A stretch of DNA of 64,000 nucleotides from Candidatus Multivoradales bacterium. GTDB taxonomy: Bacteria > Acidobacteriota > Thermoanaerobaculia > Multivoradales > Multivoraceae. Where the stretch lies: the NCBI GenBank assembly GCA_965223325.1, contig CBDCWI010000001.1, positions 96,001 through 160,000 of the forward strand, read 5' to 3'. The position numbers were made by a program, and so were the translations under genes. Positions 42,349 through 52,461 of this stretch are shown here, piece by piece; position 1 is the stretch's first letter; each line of letters starts with the position of its first letter. The notes under the pieces were generated by a model. It had not been told where the DNA came from and ran no database searches. It worked only from the letters and a program-made list of their open reading frames with translations.

Positions 42349-43269
42349 CTAGACCACGTTCTGCACTTGCTCCCGCAGTTGCTCGCAGAAGACCTTACCC
42401 TCCACCACCGCGTGGGTGATGCCAGCATCACGCGATTTCGCTCCCATGGTGTTGAGCTCACGGAGAATCTCCTGCGCCAGGAAGTCAAGGCGTTTGCCCA
42501 CCAGCCGATCGCCCGCCATCGACGTTCTGAAGTGTTCGAGATGGACGGTGAGGCGATCGAGCTCCTCTTGGATGTTGGCGCGTTCGCTGTGGTGGGCGAT
42601 CTCCTGCTCGAGCCGGCCCGTATCGAGAGCAAACGACGAGTCTTCGCCCAGGCTCTCGGCGACGAGCGCTCGGATGCGGGCTCTCGTGCTCTCCCGAATC
42701 TCTCTACGCACCGCCTGCCAACGGCGCTCGATCTCTGCTCCAACCGCGCTGAGGTCGCCGAGAATGCGCTCGAGGACCTCTGCCAGGTCCCGACCTTCAC
42801 GCTCGCGGGCTCGTTCGAGGTTTTTCGCTGCCTCCGAGACCGCAGCTTCGAGCGCCGCCTCTTCCGCGTCGCCCCACGCTGGTGCATCGCTGTCGTGGGA
42901 AAGAACCCCCGGAACGGCAAGCAGCTCGGCCAGGGTCAAGGCACGTTTGTCGAGCCAGGCGACTTCGGGAAGCGTGGCGTACAAAGCACCGACTCGGTCG
43001 ACCATTCGCGAATCGAGCCGCGGTCGATCCCGACTCGCGCTTGGCGAAGCAATCTCAATCGACGCCTCGATGCGACCACGATCGAAGCGTTTCTCGAGCA
43101 ACCTCCGAACCGGGTCTTGCAGCTGCTTCCAGGGGTCGCGCAGGCGAACGACCAGATCCTCGAAACGGTGGTTCACCGCCCGCAGAGCAACCTGGATCTC
43201 GTAGTGCGGAGTCGAAGCGGATCCCTCACCGAATCCGGTCATGCTGCGCAGCTGTTGCTCGGAAGTCAT
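42349..43269 (-). CDS. YicC/YloC family endoribonuclease
   Basis: RSMTGFG, AVNHRF, DRGRIE, GKRLDFLAQEILRELNT.G.K, EQLREQVQNV. Confidence 0.93.
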   Translation of the reverse strand: MTSEQQLRSMTGFGEGSASTPHYEIQVALRAVNHRFEDLVVRLRDPWKQLQDPVRRLLEKRFDRGRIEASIEIASPSASRDRPRLDSRMVDRVGALYATLPEVAWLDKRALTLAELLAVPGVLSHDSDAPAWGDAEEAALEAAVSEAAKNLERAREREGRDLAEVLERILGDLSAVGAEIERRWQAVRREIRESTRARIRALVAESLGEDSSFALDTGRLEQEIAHHSERANIQEELDRLTVHLEHFRTSMAGDRLVGKRLDFLAQEILRELNTMGAKSRDAGITHAVVEGKVFCEQLREQVQNVV

Positions 43270-43281
43270 CGCGGTTGCTCC

Positions 43282-44505
43282 TCAGATAGACCCAGGCGCA
43301 CTCGAAACCTGCGCCAGGTCGTCGAGGATGACCTCCGCGGCGCGCCCACTCGCTCCCGACTCGCCGAGGGCGCCCCGCACCTGGCGAAGCGCTGTCGTGA
43401 TCTCAGCGAGGGCGCCTGGCGTCGTTGTCAGGCGGCGAACCTCGCTGGCGATACGCGGGCCGCTCGCCTCGCCCTGTAGCAACTCCGGAACGACTCCGCG
43501 ACCGAGGACCAGGTTCACCAACGAGATGTGCGGTAGATCGACCAGAAGGCGCGCCAACAGATAGGTCGAAGCGGCGACCCGGTAGACGACCACCATCGGG
43601 GTCTCACACATTCCGACCTCGAGGGTTGCCGTACCGGAAGCGCAGATCGCCAGATCCGCTGCCCGAATCGCGCGGAAGCGATCATTCTCCTCGACCCTCC
43701 AGTCGAGGCGTCCGGCGTCTCGCTCCCGGGCGAGCGCCGTGTGCTGCCCGAGCAGTTTCTCGACCAGAGCCTCGCTGACCGACGGTGCGCGCACCAGCAC
43801 GGCAGACACGGCCTGATCCTTCGCCAGCCGGGCCACCGCCTCGAGCATCGGCGGAAACAGTGCCCGCACCTCGCTGTCGCGCGAGCCCGGTAGAAGCACC
43901 AGTCGAAGCTCCTCACTTGCGGAACGCTGTTCGGTTTCGCTGTTGCCCTCTAGCCTTGGCGGCAACACGGGCACCTGGTCGACCAGCGGGTGGCCGACGT
44001 GGGTCACCCGCACGTCGTGCCGCTCGTAGAACTCTGCCTCGAACGGAAACAGAACCAGCATGTGGTGCACATCCCGGGCGATCGCGTGCACCCGGCGCTT
44101 TCGCCAGGCCCAGACCTGCGGCGAGATGTAGTAGAAGACCGGCACGCCCATGCGTGTGAGCTTGCGCGCCAGCCGCAGGTTGAAGTCAGGCGCATCAATG
44201 AGGATCGCAGCATCGGGGCGCTTCGCCTCGGCGCGCTCGAGAAGCGCATCGAAGATTCTCTTCGCGCTGCGCAGAATCCGCGCTACTTCGGCGATGCCGA
44301 CAACCGCGATCTCGCGACTGTCGGCGAGAGCATCAAAGCCTTCGCTCGACATCTGGTCGCTTCCGAGTCCCCACGCTTCGATCTCGTGACCGTGCTGCCC
44401 CGCACGACCGCGAAGCTCTCTGAGCAGGTGTGCGCCATGCAGGTCGCCCGATGCCTCGCCGGCGACCATCAAGAGCGACAGCCGACGCGCCGCAGGTGCG
44501 CTCAC
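43282..44505 (-). CDS. lpxB: Lipid-A-disaccharide synthase
   Basis: AGEASGDLHGA, IDAPDFN, YISPQVWAWR, VGHPL, LLPGSR, SGTATLE; start placed at GTG 44505. Confidence 0.95.
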   Translation of the reverse strand: MSAPAARRLSLLMVAGEASGDLHGAHLLRELRGRAGQHGHEIEAWGLGSDQMSSEGFDALADSREIAVVGIAEVARILRSAKRIFDALLERAEAKRPDAAILIDAPDFNLRLARKLTRMGVPVFYYISPQVWAWRKRRVHAIARDVHHMLVLFPFEAEFYERHDVRVTHVGHPLVDQVPVLPPRLEGNSETEQRSASEELRLVLLPGSRDSEVRALFPPMLEAVARLAKDQAVSAVLVRAPSVSEALVEKLLGQHTALARERDAGRLDWRVEENDRFRAIRAADLAICASGTATLEVGMCETPMVVVYRVAASTYLLARLLVDLPHISLVNLVLGRGVVPELLQGEASGPRIASEVRRLTTTPGALAEITTALRQVRGALGESGASGRAAEVILDDLAQVSSAPGSI

Positions 44506-44507
44506 GT

Positions 44508-44693
44508 TCAGGAGCCGGGCGGACCTGCAGGAAACGGATACATCAACCAACCGAGGGCCAGCGCTCCAATCATCATGGCGCCGAAGAGCTGCATGAAGAT
44601 GCGCACCTGCGCCGGCCGCGTTCGTCGCCAGAGAAGCGAGAAGAACAGGCTCACCTGAAACGCATACAAGGTCATGAGCAGAAAGTGACTCAT
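44508..44693 (-). CDS. Small hypothetical membrane protein
   Basis: Two hydrophobic segments ending GWLMYPFP; fills the operon gap. Confidence 0.7.
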   Translation of the reverse strand: MSHFLLMTLYAFQVSLFFSLLWRRTRPAQVRIFMQLFGAMMIGALALGWLMYPFPAGPPGS

Positions 44694-44697
44694 CGCT

Positions 44698-45111
44698 TCA
44701 GTCCTTGACTCCACGCGCAATGTCCCAGGCGTCGAGAATGAGGAGCAGATTCATCAGGCCAGCGGTCGTGATGAAGGCCGCGCCATACTCCCAGCCAGGC
44801 CCCAGCATGTCGCCCTGATAGGCGAAACCAAAGCGCAAAACGAAGTACGGTAGGCCCATTCCCATGCAGGCCAGGGTGGCCAAAGTGCTGATGGGGTTGC
44901 CTTCAGCCATCACCCACAGTCGCCCTTCGAGGGCGACGCCGACGATGAGCGAAACCAGAACCAGGCAGAAAAAGGAGATCGCCCGCCGGCGCCGGCCGAG
45001 GTACAGATGGCCGGCTCCGGGAACGATCCAGGCGAACAGTACGGCGACCAGCGGTATGGTGCCGCGGCGCACTTCCACCTCGCTCGTTTCGGACATCTCG
45101 GTTGCACTCAT
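44698..45111 (-). CDS. Membrane protein (DUF6677-like)
   Basis: AWIVPGAGHLYLG and AGLMNLLLILDAWD; several TMs. Confidence 0.75.
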   Translation of the reverse strand: MSATEMSETSEVEVRRGTIPLVAVLFAWIVPGAGHLYLGRRRRAISFFCLVLVSLIVGVALEGRLWVMAEGNPISTLATLACMGMGLPYFVLRFGFAYQGDMLGPGWEYGAAFITTAGLMNLLLILDAWDIARGVKD

Positions 45112-45167
45112 CGTCTCACTCGCGGCGACTCGACTTCACCGGTTTCAGGAACCGACGAGGTGCACTC

Positions 45168-45503
45168 TCAGTCTTCGTCGGTGTTGAGGAGTTCGCGAAG
45201 CTGCTTGCCCGGCTTGAAGTAGGGAATGCGTTTCGACGGCACCTGAACTTGGGCTCCCGTCTTGGGATTGCGACCGACGCGCGAGCCACGTCTGCGAACC
45301 CGGAAACTTCCAAAGCCACGCAGCTCGATCTTGTCTCCGTCTTTGAGCGAGTCCACCATGCTCTCGAACACAGTGTTGACGATCTGCTCAGCGTGCTTCT
45401 TGGTCAGGTCTGTCGTGCGAGCTACTTCTTCGATCAACTCCGCCTTGGTCATGCCGCTTTTGCTCAACGCCCGGATGGCCGCGACTCCACTCTCGTTGCT
45501 CAC
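45168..45503 (-). CDS. HU/IHF family DNA-binding protein (IHF-beta-like)
   Basis: MTKAELI, IELRGFGSF, GRNPKTG, FKPGK; AGGAGG SD before GTG 45503. Confidence 0.93.
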   Translation of the reverse strand: MSNESGVAAIRALSKSGMTKAELIEEVARTTDLTKKHAEQIVNTVFESMVDSLKDGDKIELRGFGSFRVRRRGSRVGRNPKTGAQVQVPSKRIPYFKPGKQLRELLNTDED

Positions 45504-45551
45504 ACTGTCCTCCTATGAATGAAGCACCACAGTTCGAACGGACAGTATGAA

Positions 45552-45580
45552 CCGAAACCCCCTCTCTCGAAAAGGGGGAA
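45552..45580 (-). terminator. Putative intrinsic terminator after rpsA
   Basis: Minus-strand hairpin ccccct / aggggg followed by tttcggtt. Confidence 0.45.
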
Positions 45581-45587
45581 TGGAGAC

Positions 45588-47552
45588 TTATTCCTCTTCT
45601 TCGTCCTTCGACGCGGAAGATGCGGCATCTTCGGAGTCCTCAGGAGGCGTTTCCGCGGCCGCTTCCGGCTCTTCTTCGGAGGCAGCCGCTTCCTCGGCAG
45701 GCGGGGCGTCGTCTTCGCTGGATTCTGGAGGAGTGGCATCAGAAGCCCCGGCGGCTGGAAGAGCAGCTTCTTCGGTGGCGTCCGAAGCGGCCTCCTCGGC
45801 TTCAGAAGCAGACTCCTCCGAAGTCGCCTCAGCGTCAACTGCTTCGCCGTCTTCGGTGACGGTGGCCTCTTCTGGCACTTCTTCTGGCACACCGCGCTCG
45901 GCGATCAAAGCCGCAATCTCTTCCTCGGTGGGCTGTGAGACACCACGCATGGTGAGACCGACTTTCTTTTCGTCGTCTTCGATGCGAAGGATGCGGGCGC
46001 GCAACCAGTCACCAACGGAATAGTGATCCTCGAGGCGGCCGGGCGGCACATCGATCTCAGAGACGTGCGCAAGACCTTCGAGGCCGTCGTAGATGTCGAC
46101 GAAGAGTCCGAAGTCGGTGACGTTGACGACCCGACCTTCGACGTCGTCGCCGACGTTGTGCGAGTCCATGAAGTCCTGCCACTCGTTGGGAAGGAACTCC
46201 TTGATCGACAGCGAAACCCGCTGGTTGCCAACGTCGATATTGGTGATCCGCGCCTTGACGACATCGCCCTTGTTGAGGATTTCGCTGGGGTGCTTGACCC
46301 GCTTGGTCCAGCTCATGTCCGAGACGTGGATGAGGCCATCGATATCCTCGGTAATCTCGACAAAAGCCCCGAATTCAGTGAGGTTGCGGACTGCGCCCTC
46401 GATGATCGTGCCGACCGGGAAGCGCGTCGCCAGGTCTTCCCAGGGGTTGGTTTCGGTGCGCCGCAGCGACAGCGAGATACGCCGCTGCTGCATGTCGAGC
46501 TCCGAGACGATGGCCTGGACTTCGTCGCCGACACTGAGGATCTTCGACGGCGAAACGACCTTCTTGGTCCACGACATTTCGCTGACATGAATCAGACCCT
46601 CGACGCCCTCCTCGATCTCGACGAACGCACCGTAGTCGACCAGGCTGACGACCTTGCCGTTGACCCGTGAGCCGAGCGGGTACTTCTTGTCGACCAGGTT
46701 CCAGGGGTCGTCGCCCTTCTGCTTGTAACCCAGCGAAACGCGTTCGGTCTCGGGATCGAACTTCAGGATCACCACTTCCAGGTCGTCACCGATCTGGAAG
46801 TGCTCGGACGGATGGTTGACGCGTCCCCACGAGATGTCGGTGATGTGCAGGAGACCGTCGATGCCTCCGAGGTCGACGAAAGCACCGTAGTCGGTGATGT
46901 TCTTGACCACACCCGGGAGGCGAACACCTTCCTTGAGCTTGGTGAGGGTTTCGGCCTTCTTCTTCTCGTACTCCTTCTCGAGCACCGCCTTGCGCGAGAG
47001 GACGATGTTGTTGCGCCGGCGATCGAGGCTGATGACTTTGAACTCGAGCTCCTCGCCTTTGAGCGACTCGAGATGCTTGATCGGCTTGATGTCGACGAGC
47101 GAACCGGGCAAGAAAGCGCGCAAACCGACGTCGACGGTGAGACCGCCCTTGATGCGATCGACGACGCGGCCCATGATGATCGAGTTCTCTTTGAAGGCCT
47201 CTTCGATCTTCGACCAGGTCTTCATTTTGTCGGCACGTGTCTTGGAGATGACGATCGTGCCGTCGGCGCCCTCGACCTGCTCGAGGAGCACCTCGACTTC
47301 GTCGCCGACATCGACTGACAGCCCGCCCTCGCGCGAGCTGAACTCGTGGTTCTGCACCAGGCCTTCGGACTTGTAGCCGATGTCGATGACGACTTCATTG
47401 TTGGTAAAGCCGATGACGGTGCCGCGCACGATCTCACCCTCGGTGAGGTGGCGCATGCTGTCGTCGTACATCTCGACGAGCTGTTCGTAGCTCATGCCTT
47501 CGGTGCTGGTGGCCCCGGGAGTCTGTTCAGGTGTCTGGTCGGTTGTTTCCAT
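45588..47552 (-). CDS. rpsA: 30S ribosomal protein S1 with long acidic tail
   Basis: Repeated S1 domains (DIGYKSEG, YGAFVDLGGIDGLLHITD, EGLIHVSEMSW); start at 47552 or 47567. Confidence 0.97.
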   Translation of the reverse strand: METTDQTPEQTPGATSTEGMSYEQLVEMYDDSMRHLTEGEIVRGTVIGFTNNEVVIDIGYKSEGLVQNHEFSSREGGLSVDVGDEVEVLLEQVEGADGTIVISKTRADKMKTWSKIEEAFKENSIIMGRVVDRIKGGLTVDVGLRAFLPGSLVDIKPIKHLESLKGEELEFKVISLDRRRNNIVLSRKAVLEKEYEKKKAETLTKLKEGVRLPGVVKNITDYGAFVDLGGIDGLLHITDISWGRVNHPSEHFQIGDDLEVVILKFDPETERVSLGYKQKGDDPWNLVDKKYPLGSRVNGKVVSLVDYGAFVEIEEGVEGLIHVSEMSWTKKVVSPSKILSVGDEVQAIVSELDMQQRRISLSLRRTETNPWEDLATRFPVGTIIEGAVRNLTEFGAFVEITEDIDGLIHVSDMSWTKRVKHPSEILNKGDVVKARITNIDVGNQRVSLSIKEFLPNEWQDFMDSHNVGDDVEGRVVNVTDFGLFVDIYDGLEGLAHVSEIDVPPGRLEDHYSVGDWLRARILRIEDDEKKVGLTMRGVSQPTEEEIAALIAERGVPEEVPEEATVTEDGEAVDAEATSEESASEAEEAASDATEEAALPAAGASDATPPESSEDDAPPAEEAAASEEEPEAAAETPPEDSEDAASSASKDEEEE

Positions 47553-47809
47553 GTCTTTTGCCTTCATTCGAAGCCGGTTCTGCCGGTGCTTCGAGACTTC
47601 TGTTTTGCCGGGGTCTCCAGTGGAGCCGCGGCGGTCGTGAATGGTTGAATGCGTACGCTCGACTGCGACTTGCGGAGTCCTGTGTGCCAAGCCGGCGGGA
47701 TAGGCGTGCCAGGGCCTACCGAGTCGATGGACGGCGAGAAAACGGCCGTTGATTTGTGCGACGAAAACCCCTCGATTCGGAGGTCTTGGAGGGCCACGCA
47801 CCCAGCTCA

Positions 47810-47826
47810 CGCAAGCATTGCGCCAA
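47810..47826 (-). promoter_or_regulatory. Possible sigma-54 -24/-12 promoter upstream of rpsA
   Basis: TTGGCGCAATGCTTGCG with exact GG-N10-GC spacing. Confidence 0.35.
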
Positions 47827-48077
47827 GTGGTACGGGCTAACCCGGCAAGGTCGACACGCTTTGCCGTTCTACTGATCGCCGGCCTGTCCCGAACGCCCCT
47901 TCAACAGCGCCCGCGGCTCAGGTCTCGTCTGCGTTTCAGTGGCGGCCTCTCTGGAGAGCCACCGCGCGAACGACTCGGGCTGCTTCGTCGCGAAGCATCC
48001 GGAGCGGGCCTCGATCAGCAGCCAGCGAGTCCAACGAGTGGAAACCCCTGACAGCTCATCGATGTCCCTGTGGGGCG

Positions 48078-48107
48078 AGTATAGAGAGGGCTTCGACCGA
48101 CTGTCAA
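48078..48107 (-). promoter_or_regulatory. Near-consensus sigma-70 promoter pointing toward rpsA
   Basis: Minus strand TTGACA-N18-TATACT. Confidence 0.65.
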
Positions 48108-48148
48108 CGCGGCCCCGGTCTCCTCAGAATGCCCTCGAGAGGCCCCTC

Positions 48149-48179
48149 TGTGCTGTGTGCTGTGTGCTGTGTGCTGTGT
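48149..48179. repeat. Heptamer microsatellite (TGTGCTG)x4.4
   Basis: Seen directly, abutting the queG stop. Confidence 0.92.
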
Positions 48180-49360
48180 CAGACGCCGTCGTCTCCCCCA
48201 GCCTTTTCTCTCAGGCACTCGAGCGCCCAGGCGGCGTGGCTTCTCACCGTCTCGTCCTCGTCGTCGGTGGCCGCCGCCGCCAGCGCCTCGCGATAGCCGC
48301 TGCGGTCGCCGTAGTGTGCCATGGCGAGGGCCGCGTTGCGCTTGAGCCCTTCGAGGCGCGCCCGCTTCATCGGACTACGGCGGAAGCGTTCGGTGTACTC
48401 CTCGCGCGTCATCGCCAGAAGCTGCACTAGATCGAGCTCACGGCGGTGCCCGGGAAGGGCAAGGGCAGCGGTCATCGAGTCACTCGTTGAATCGGGTGCG
48501 GCAGGCTGGCTGGCCGAACTCGCCTTGCGCGGTTCGTTCCAGGGGCACACCTCCTGGCAGATGTCGCACCCGAAAACCCAGCCCTGCAGCTGGTCGCGCA
48601 TTGCGAGCGGAATCGCACCGCGATGCTCGATCGTCCAATACGAAATGCACCGGCGCGCGTCGAGGCGAAACGGTTCGGGCAGAGCACCGGTTGGACAGGC
48701 GTCGAGGCAACGGGTGCAGGCGCCGCACATGTCGAGCGGCGGCAGTTTGTCGCCGGCGGGAGGGAGAACCGTGTCGAGCTCGAGACTGGTCACGATCGCT
48801 CCCAGTAGAAACCACGAACCACGCCGCGATAGAAGCATCGTGTTCTTGCCGGGGCGCCCGAGACCGGCAGCTTCGGCCACCTCGCGCTCGAGAAGCGGCC
48901 CCGTATCGACATAGCGGCGGGTCAGGACCGTTGGGAACACCTCCTGGATCTTCTCTTCGATGCGTTCGAGCCGCTTCTCCATCAGTGTGTGGTAGTCGTC
49001 ACCGCGGGCGTAGCGCGCCACTCCCTGCCACAGGTCGGACTCGCGCTCGCGGCGTTCGCCGTTGGCGCCTTCGCCATGCGCGAGGGGCCAGTAGTCGAGA
49101 GCCACGACGACGGCGGAGCGGGCGGCCCCATGGAGCAGCTGGCGCGGGTCACTTCGCAGAGCAACCCGACGCTCGAGCCATGCCATCGCCGCGTGATCGC
49201 CACGCTCGAGCCAACGCACCAGGTGGCCCCGGTGACGGCTGGGGGCAAGCGTTGCGACTCCGACGTCGCTATACCCCTCCGCTCGGGCACACCGCGAGAC
49301 CAGCGCCACAAACTGGTCCTCGGCAGGGTCGGCCGAAGCGCTCTGCCCCGCGTCGGTCAC
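48179..49360 (-). CDS. queG: Epoxyqueuosine reductase
   Basis: YARGDDYH, VDTGPLLER, GKNT, CGACTRCLDACPTGA, CISYWTIE, GCDICQEVCPWN. Confidence 0.95.
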   Translation of the reverse strand: MTDAGQSASADPAEDQFVALVSRCARAEGYSDVGVATLAPSRHRGHLVRWLERGDHAAMAWLERRVALRSDPRQLLHGAARSAVVVALDYWPLAHGEGANGERRERESDLWQGVARYARGDDYHTLMEKRLERIEEKIQEVFPTVLTRRYVDTGPLLEREVAEAAGLGRPGKNTMLLSRRGSWFLLGAIVTSLELDTVLPPAGDKLPPLDMCGACTRCLDACPTGALPEPFRLDARRCISYWTIEHRGAIPLAMRDQLQGWVFGCDICQEVCPWNEPRKASSASQPAAPDSTSDSMTAALALPGHRRELDLVQLLAMTREEYTERFRRSPMKRARLEGLKRNAALAMAHYGDRSGYREALAAAATDDEDETVRSHAAWALECLREKAGGDDGV

Positions 49361-49926
49361 CAGGATTCCGCTTCGACCCGCGCACGACCTGGCGCCCCGC
49401 GTACCAGATGCCAGTAGGTCGATGGGTGTTCGTCGTCGTCACCGGCCGGGCAGAAACGCGCCTCGACAACCCTCCAGCCCGTCAGATCGAGCTCGAGGAC
49501 CGCGTCACCCACCATCTCTGCTTGAACGCGCGTCAAGTGAAGCACTTCGACGGCAGGCAGACACTCCTCGTAGAGCGAAACCCCGCCGGCAACGAAGACG
49601 GTCGCACCGGCCGGCCCGAAGCCTGCCTCGATGCGCGCCAAGGCCCCGCTTACGTCACGTTCGGTCACCACCCGCTCTGCCAATCGGGTACCCGCCGGCT
49701 CACGCCGCGTCAAGACGACGATGTGACGCCCGGGCAGCGGCCGACCGATCGACTCCCAGGTGCGGCGCCCCATCAACAGCACATGCCCGGTGGTCAGGGC
49801 ACGGAACCTCTTCAGATCAGATGACAAGTGCCACGGAAGATCACCGTCGCGCCCGATGACGCCGTTATGAGCCATCGCCACGATCGCGGCGAGAGGCGGA
49901 GAGTCGGTGGCGTCGTCGTTCTTCAA
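49357..49926 (-). CDS. folA: Dihydrofolate reductase
   Basis: [39 protein letters not shown]; TTG start overlaps the thyA stop. Confidence 0.92.
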   Translation of the reverse strand: MKNDDATDSPPLAAIVAMAHNGVIGRDGDLPWHLSSDLKRFRALTTGHVLLMGRRTWESIGRPLPGRHIVVLTRREPAGTRLAERVVTERDVSGALARIEAGFGPAGATVFVAGGVSLYEECLPAVEVLHLTRVQAEMVGDAVLELDLTGWRVVEARFCPAGDDDEHPSTYWHLVRGAPGRARVEAESW

Positions 49927-50717
49927 ACGGCGACCGGTGCCTTGATGTGCGGGTGAGGCTCGTAGTCCGACAACGAGAAGTGAGGCCAGTCGAAGTCTTG
50001 GAGCCGGATTACCCCGGGATCGAGCGTCATCGTCGGCAGCGCCCGCGGTGTGCGCTCGAGCTGTTTTCGTGCCTGGTCGAGGTGGTTGCTGTAGAGATGG
50101 GCGTCGCCGAGGGTGTGCACGAAATCCCCCAGCTCGAGACCGGTGACCTGGGCAATCATCATCGTGAGCAACGCGTACGAGGCGATATTGAACGGTACTC
50201 CGAGGAAGATGTCGGCACTGCGCTGATAGAGCTGGCACGACAACCGCCCGTTCACGACCCAGAACTGAAACAGCGCGTGACACGGCGGCAGCGCCATGTT
50301 CTCGACATCGGCCGGGTTCCAAGCGGTGACCATCAGACGACGTGAGTTCGGATTCGTTCGGATCTGCTCGACGACCTCTGCGATCTGATCGATCGTGCTG
50401 CCGTCGCGCGCCGGCCACGAGCGCCACTGGTAGCCATAGACCGGCCCTAGATCGCCGTTCTCATCGGCCCACTCATCCCAGATCGAAACCCCATTCTCTT
50501 TGAGGTACTCGATGTTGGTTTCGCCGCGAAGAAACCACAGCAACTCGTAGACGATCGAGCGCAGGTGGAGCTTCTTGGTGGTGAGGAGAGGAAACCCCTC
50601 CGCCAGGTCGAAGCGCATCTGGTGACCGAAGAGCGACAGGGTACCGGTACCCGTACGGTCGCCCTTGGGACTTCCTTCGTCGAGAACGCGAGTCAGGAGA
50701 TCGAGGTATTGCTGCAC
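49923..50717 (-). CDS. thyA: Thymidylate synthase
   Basis: [46 protein letters not shown]; start placed at GTG 50717. Confidence 0.98.
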   Translation of the reverse strand: MQQYLDLLTRVLDEGSPKGDRTGTGTLSLFGHQMRFDLAEGFPLLTTKKLHLRSIVYELLWFLRGETNIEYLKENGVSIWDEWADENGDLGPVYGYQWRSWPARDGSTIDQIAEVVEQIRTNPNSRRLMVTAWNPADVENMALPPCHALFQFWVVNGRLSCQLYQRSADIFLGVPFNIASYALLTMMIAQVTGLELGDFVHTLGDAHLYSNHLDQARKQLERTPRALPTMTLDPGVIRLQDFDWPHFSLSDYEPHPHIKAPVAV

Positions 50718-50904
50718 GCCCCCGATGATAGGGCCTCGGGCCGGCCGGGTGGAAGGTCGTCGATCTGTGGACAAGAGCCCGCTGCGCGAAAACGACCCCC
50801 GAACTCATCGGCTCTTGGGATGAGAACATCGAACACAACTTGGAGGCTCCTGCTTTCTGCGAGTACGTTGGGCCGGCTGGCGGGCCTGGCTGTAGGCTCG
50901 CACC

Positions 50905-52416
50905 ATGCACGAACCGTTCAACCGTCGGCGCTTCCTGACCTCGCTGGCTGCGACCGGCGCTCTGCTCCTGAACGCACGAGGCAGTCGAGAGCTGTTCGCA
51001 GAGGCCAGCGATACGCCCTCGAACCTCGACTGGTTCCTGAACGCACGCTACGGCCTGTTCATCCACTGGGGCCCCTACGCAGTGGCTGGTGTCGAGGCGT
51101 CGTGGCCGCTGATGGTGCCCGGGCTCACCGCGGCGATCGGACCGGACCAGTTGATCGCCCAGGCGGACTACGAGGCACTGGCAGAACGCTTCGATCCGCA
51201 GGAGTTCGATGCGCGAGAGTGGGTCCGTTTCGCGGAGCGCGCCGGCATGCGCTACATGGTCATCACCGCCAAGCATCACGACGGTTACTGCCTGTTCGAC
51301 TCCCCGAGCACGAACTACAAGATCACCAGGAAGGCCAGCGGTCGCGACCTGTTGCTCGAGCTGGCCGAGGCATGCGCCGAAGCATCGTTTCCGCTCGGCT
51401 TCTACTACTCGCCGCCCGACATGCACCACCCCGGCTACCGCGACACGACCCGACCGGTGATCGAGAACTGGATGGGAGAACCCGATCGACCCGAGTGGTC
51501 TCTGTATCTCGATGCCATGGAGGCGGATCTCGAAAAGCTCCTCACCGACTACGGCGACGTCGCGATCGTCTGGTTCGATGGCCTCTTCGACCATGCGCGC
51601 TACGACCCGCCGCGCTTACACCGCTTGATTCGGAGGCTCCAGCCGCAGACGCTCATCAACGACCGGCTGGGTAGAGAGCTCGGCGACTACATCACCCCCG
51701 AGCAGAACGTTCCCGAGGGAGTCCCTGTCCGCCCCGAGAGCCCGCCGCCCGCGGTCACGGCAGAGCAGTTCGAGTTCTTCATTCGCTTACTCGCGTCGGG
51801 AACCGACCCCGAAGCATTGGCGCGCAGCCTCGCCGAGGTCCAACGCGAGCGGATGCCAACCGCGGTCCATCCCGACCCCACGCGCTTCCAGCCCTGGGAA
51901 ACCTGCATGACGCTGGGTGTCACCTGGGCCCATGATCCGAAGGAGCGCCTCATGAAGTCCGCCGAAACGGTCGCACGCACTCTGGTTGAGGTCACCAGCC
52001 GTGGCGGCAACCTGCTGCTCAACGTCGGGCCCATGGCCGACGGCCGCTTTCCGTCCGCAGCCCAAGAACGGCTCCACACGGTCGGGCGCTGGCTCAGAGA
52101 GATCGGTTCGGCCATCTACGGCACAACCTACGGTCCGCTGCAGGGTCATGGCGCGGTGCGCACGACCATCAGCCGCGATGACCAACGCCTCTTCGTGCAC
52201 GTCCTCGAGCAACCCCGGGCTGGCAGCGTTCGCCTAGCAGGCGCCGGTTCGCTCATTGAGACACGCGGCGCGACCCGGGCACGGAGGGTTGGCGCGTCTC
52301 CCGGCGCACCAGCAGTCGAGCTGGCCTTTGACGGCGAAGACGTGGTCTTCGACATCGAGAAGATCTCTCCGGGCCCTGAGTTGCCGATCAACCTGCCGAG
52401 TTTCGAGCTCCTCTGA
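50905..52416 (+). CDS. GH29 alpha-L-fucosidase with Tat signal peptide
   Basis: NRRRFL Tat motif; GLFIHWG, TAKHHDGYCLF, WFDG, INDR, PWETC, GGNLLLNVGP. Confidence 0.9.
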   Translation: MHEPFNRRRFLTSLAATGALLLNARGSRELFAEASDTPSNLDWFLNARYGLFIHWGPYAVAGVEASWPLMVPGLTAAIGPDQLIAQADYEALAERFDPQEFDAREWVRFAERAGMRYMVITAKHHDGYCLFDSPSTNYKITRKASGRDLLLELAEACAEASFPLGFYYSPPDMHHPGYRDTTRPVIENWMGEPDRPEWSLYLDAMEADLEKLLTDYGDVAIVWFDGLFDHARYDPPRLHRLIRRLQPQTLINDRLGRELGDYITPEQNVPEGVPVRPESPPPAVTAEQFEFFIRLLASGTDPEALARSLAEVQRERMPTAVHPDPTRFQPWETCMTLGVTWAHDPKERLMKSAETVARTLVEVTSRGGNLLLNVGPMADGRFPSAAQERLHTVGRWLREIGSAIYGTTYGPLQGHGAVRTTISRDDQRLFVHVLEQPRAGSVRLAGAGSLIETRGATRARRVGASPGAPAVELAFDGEDVVFDIEKISPGPELPINLPSFELL

Positions 52417-52461
52417 GGACTGGCTGTAAGGCATTTCGGCCACCCCCCGTCTTAAAGGGGT

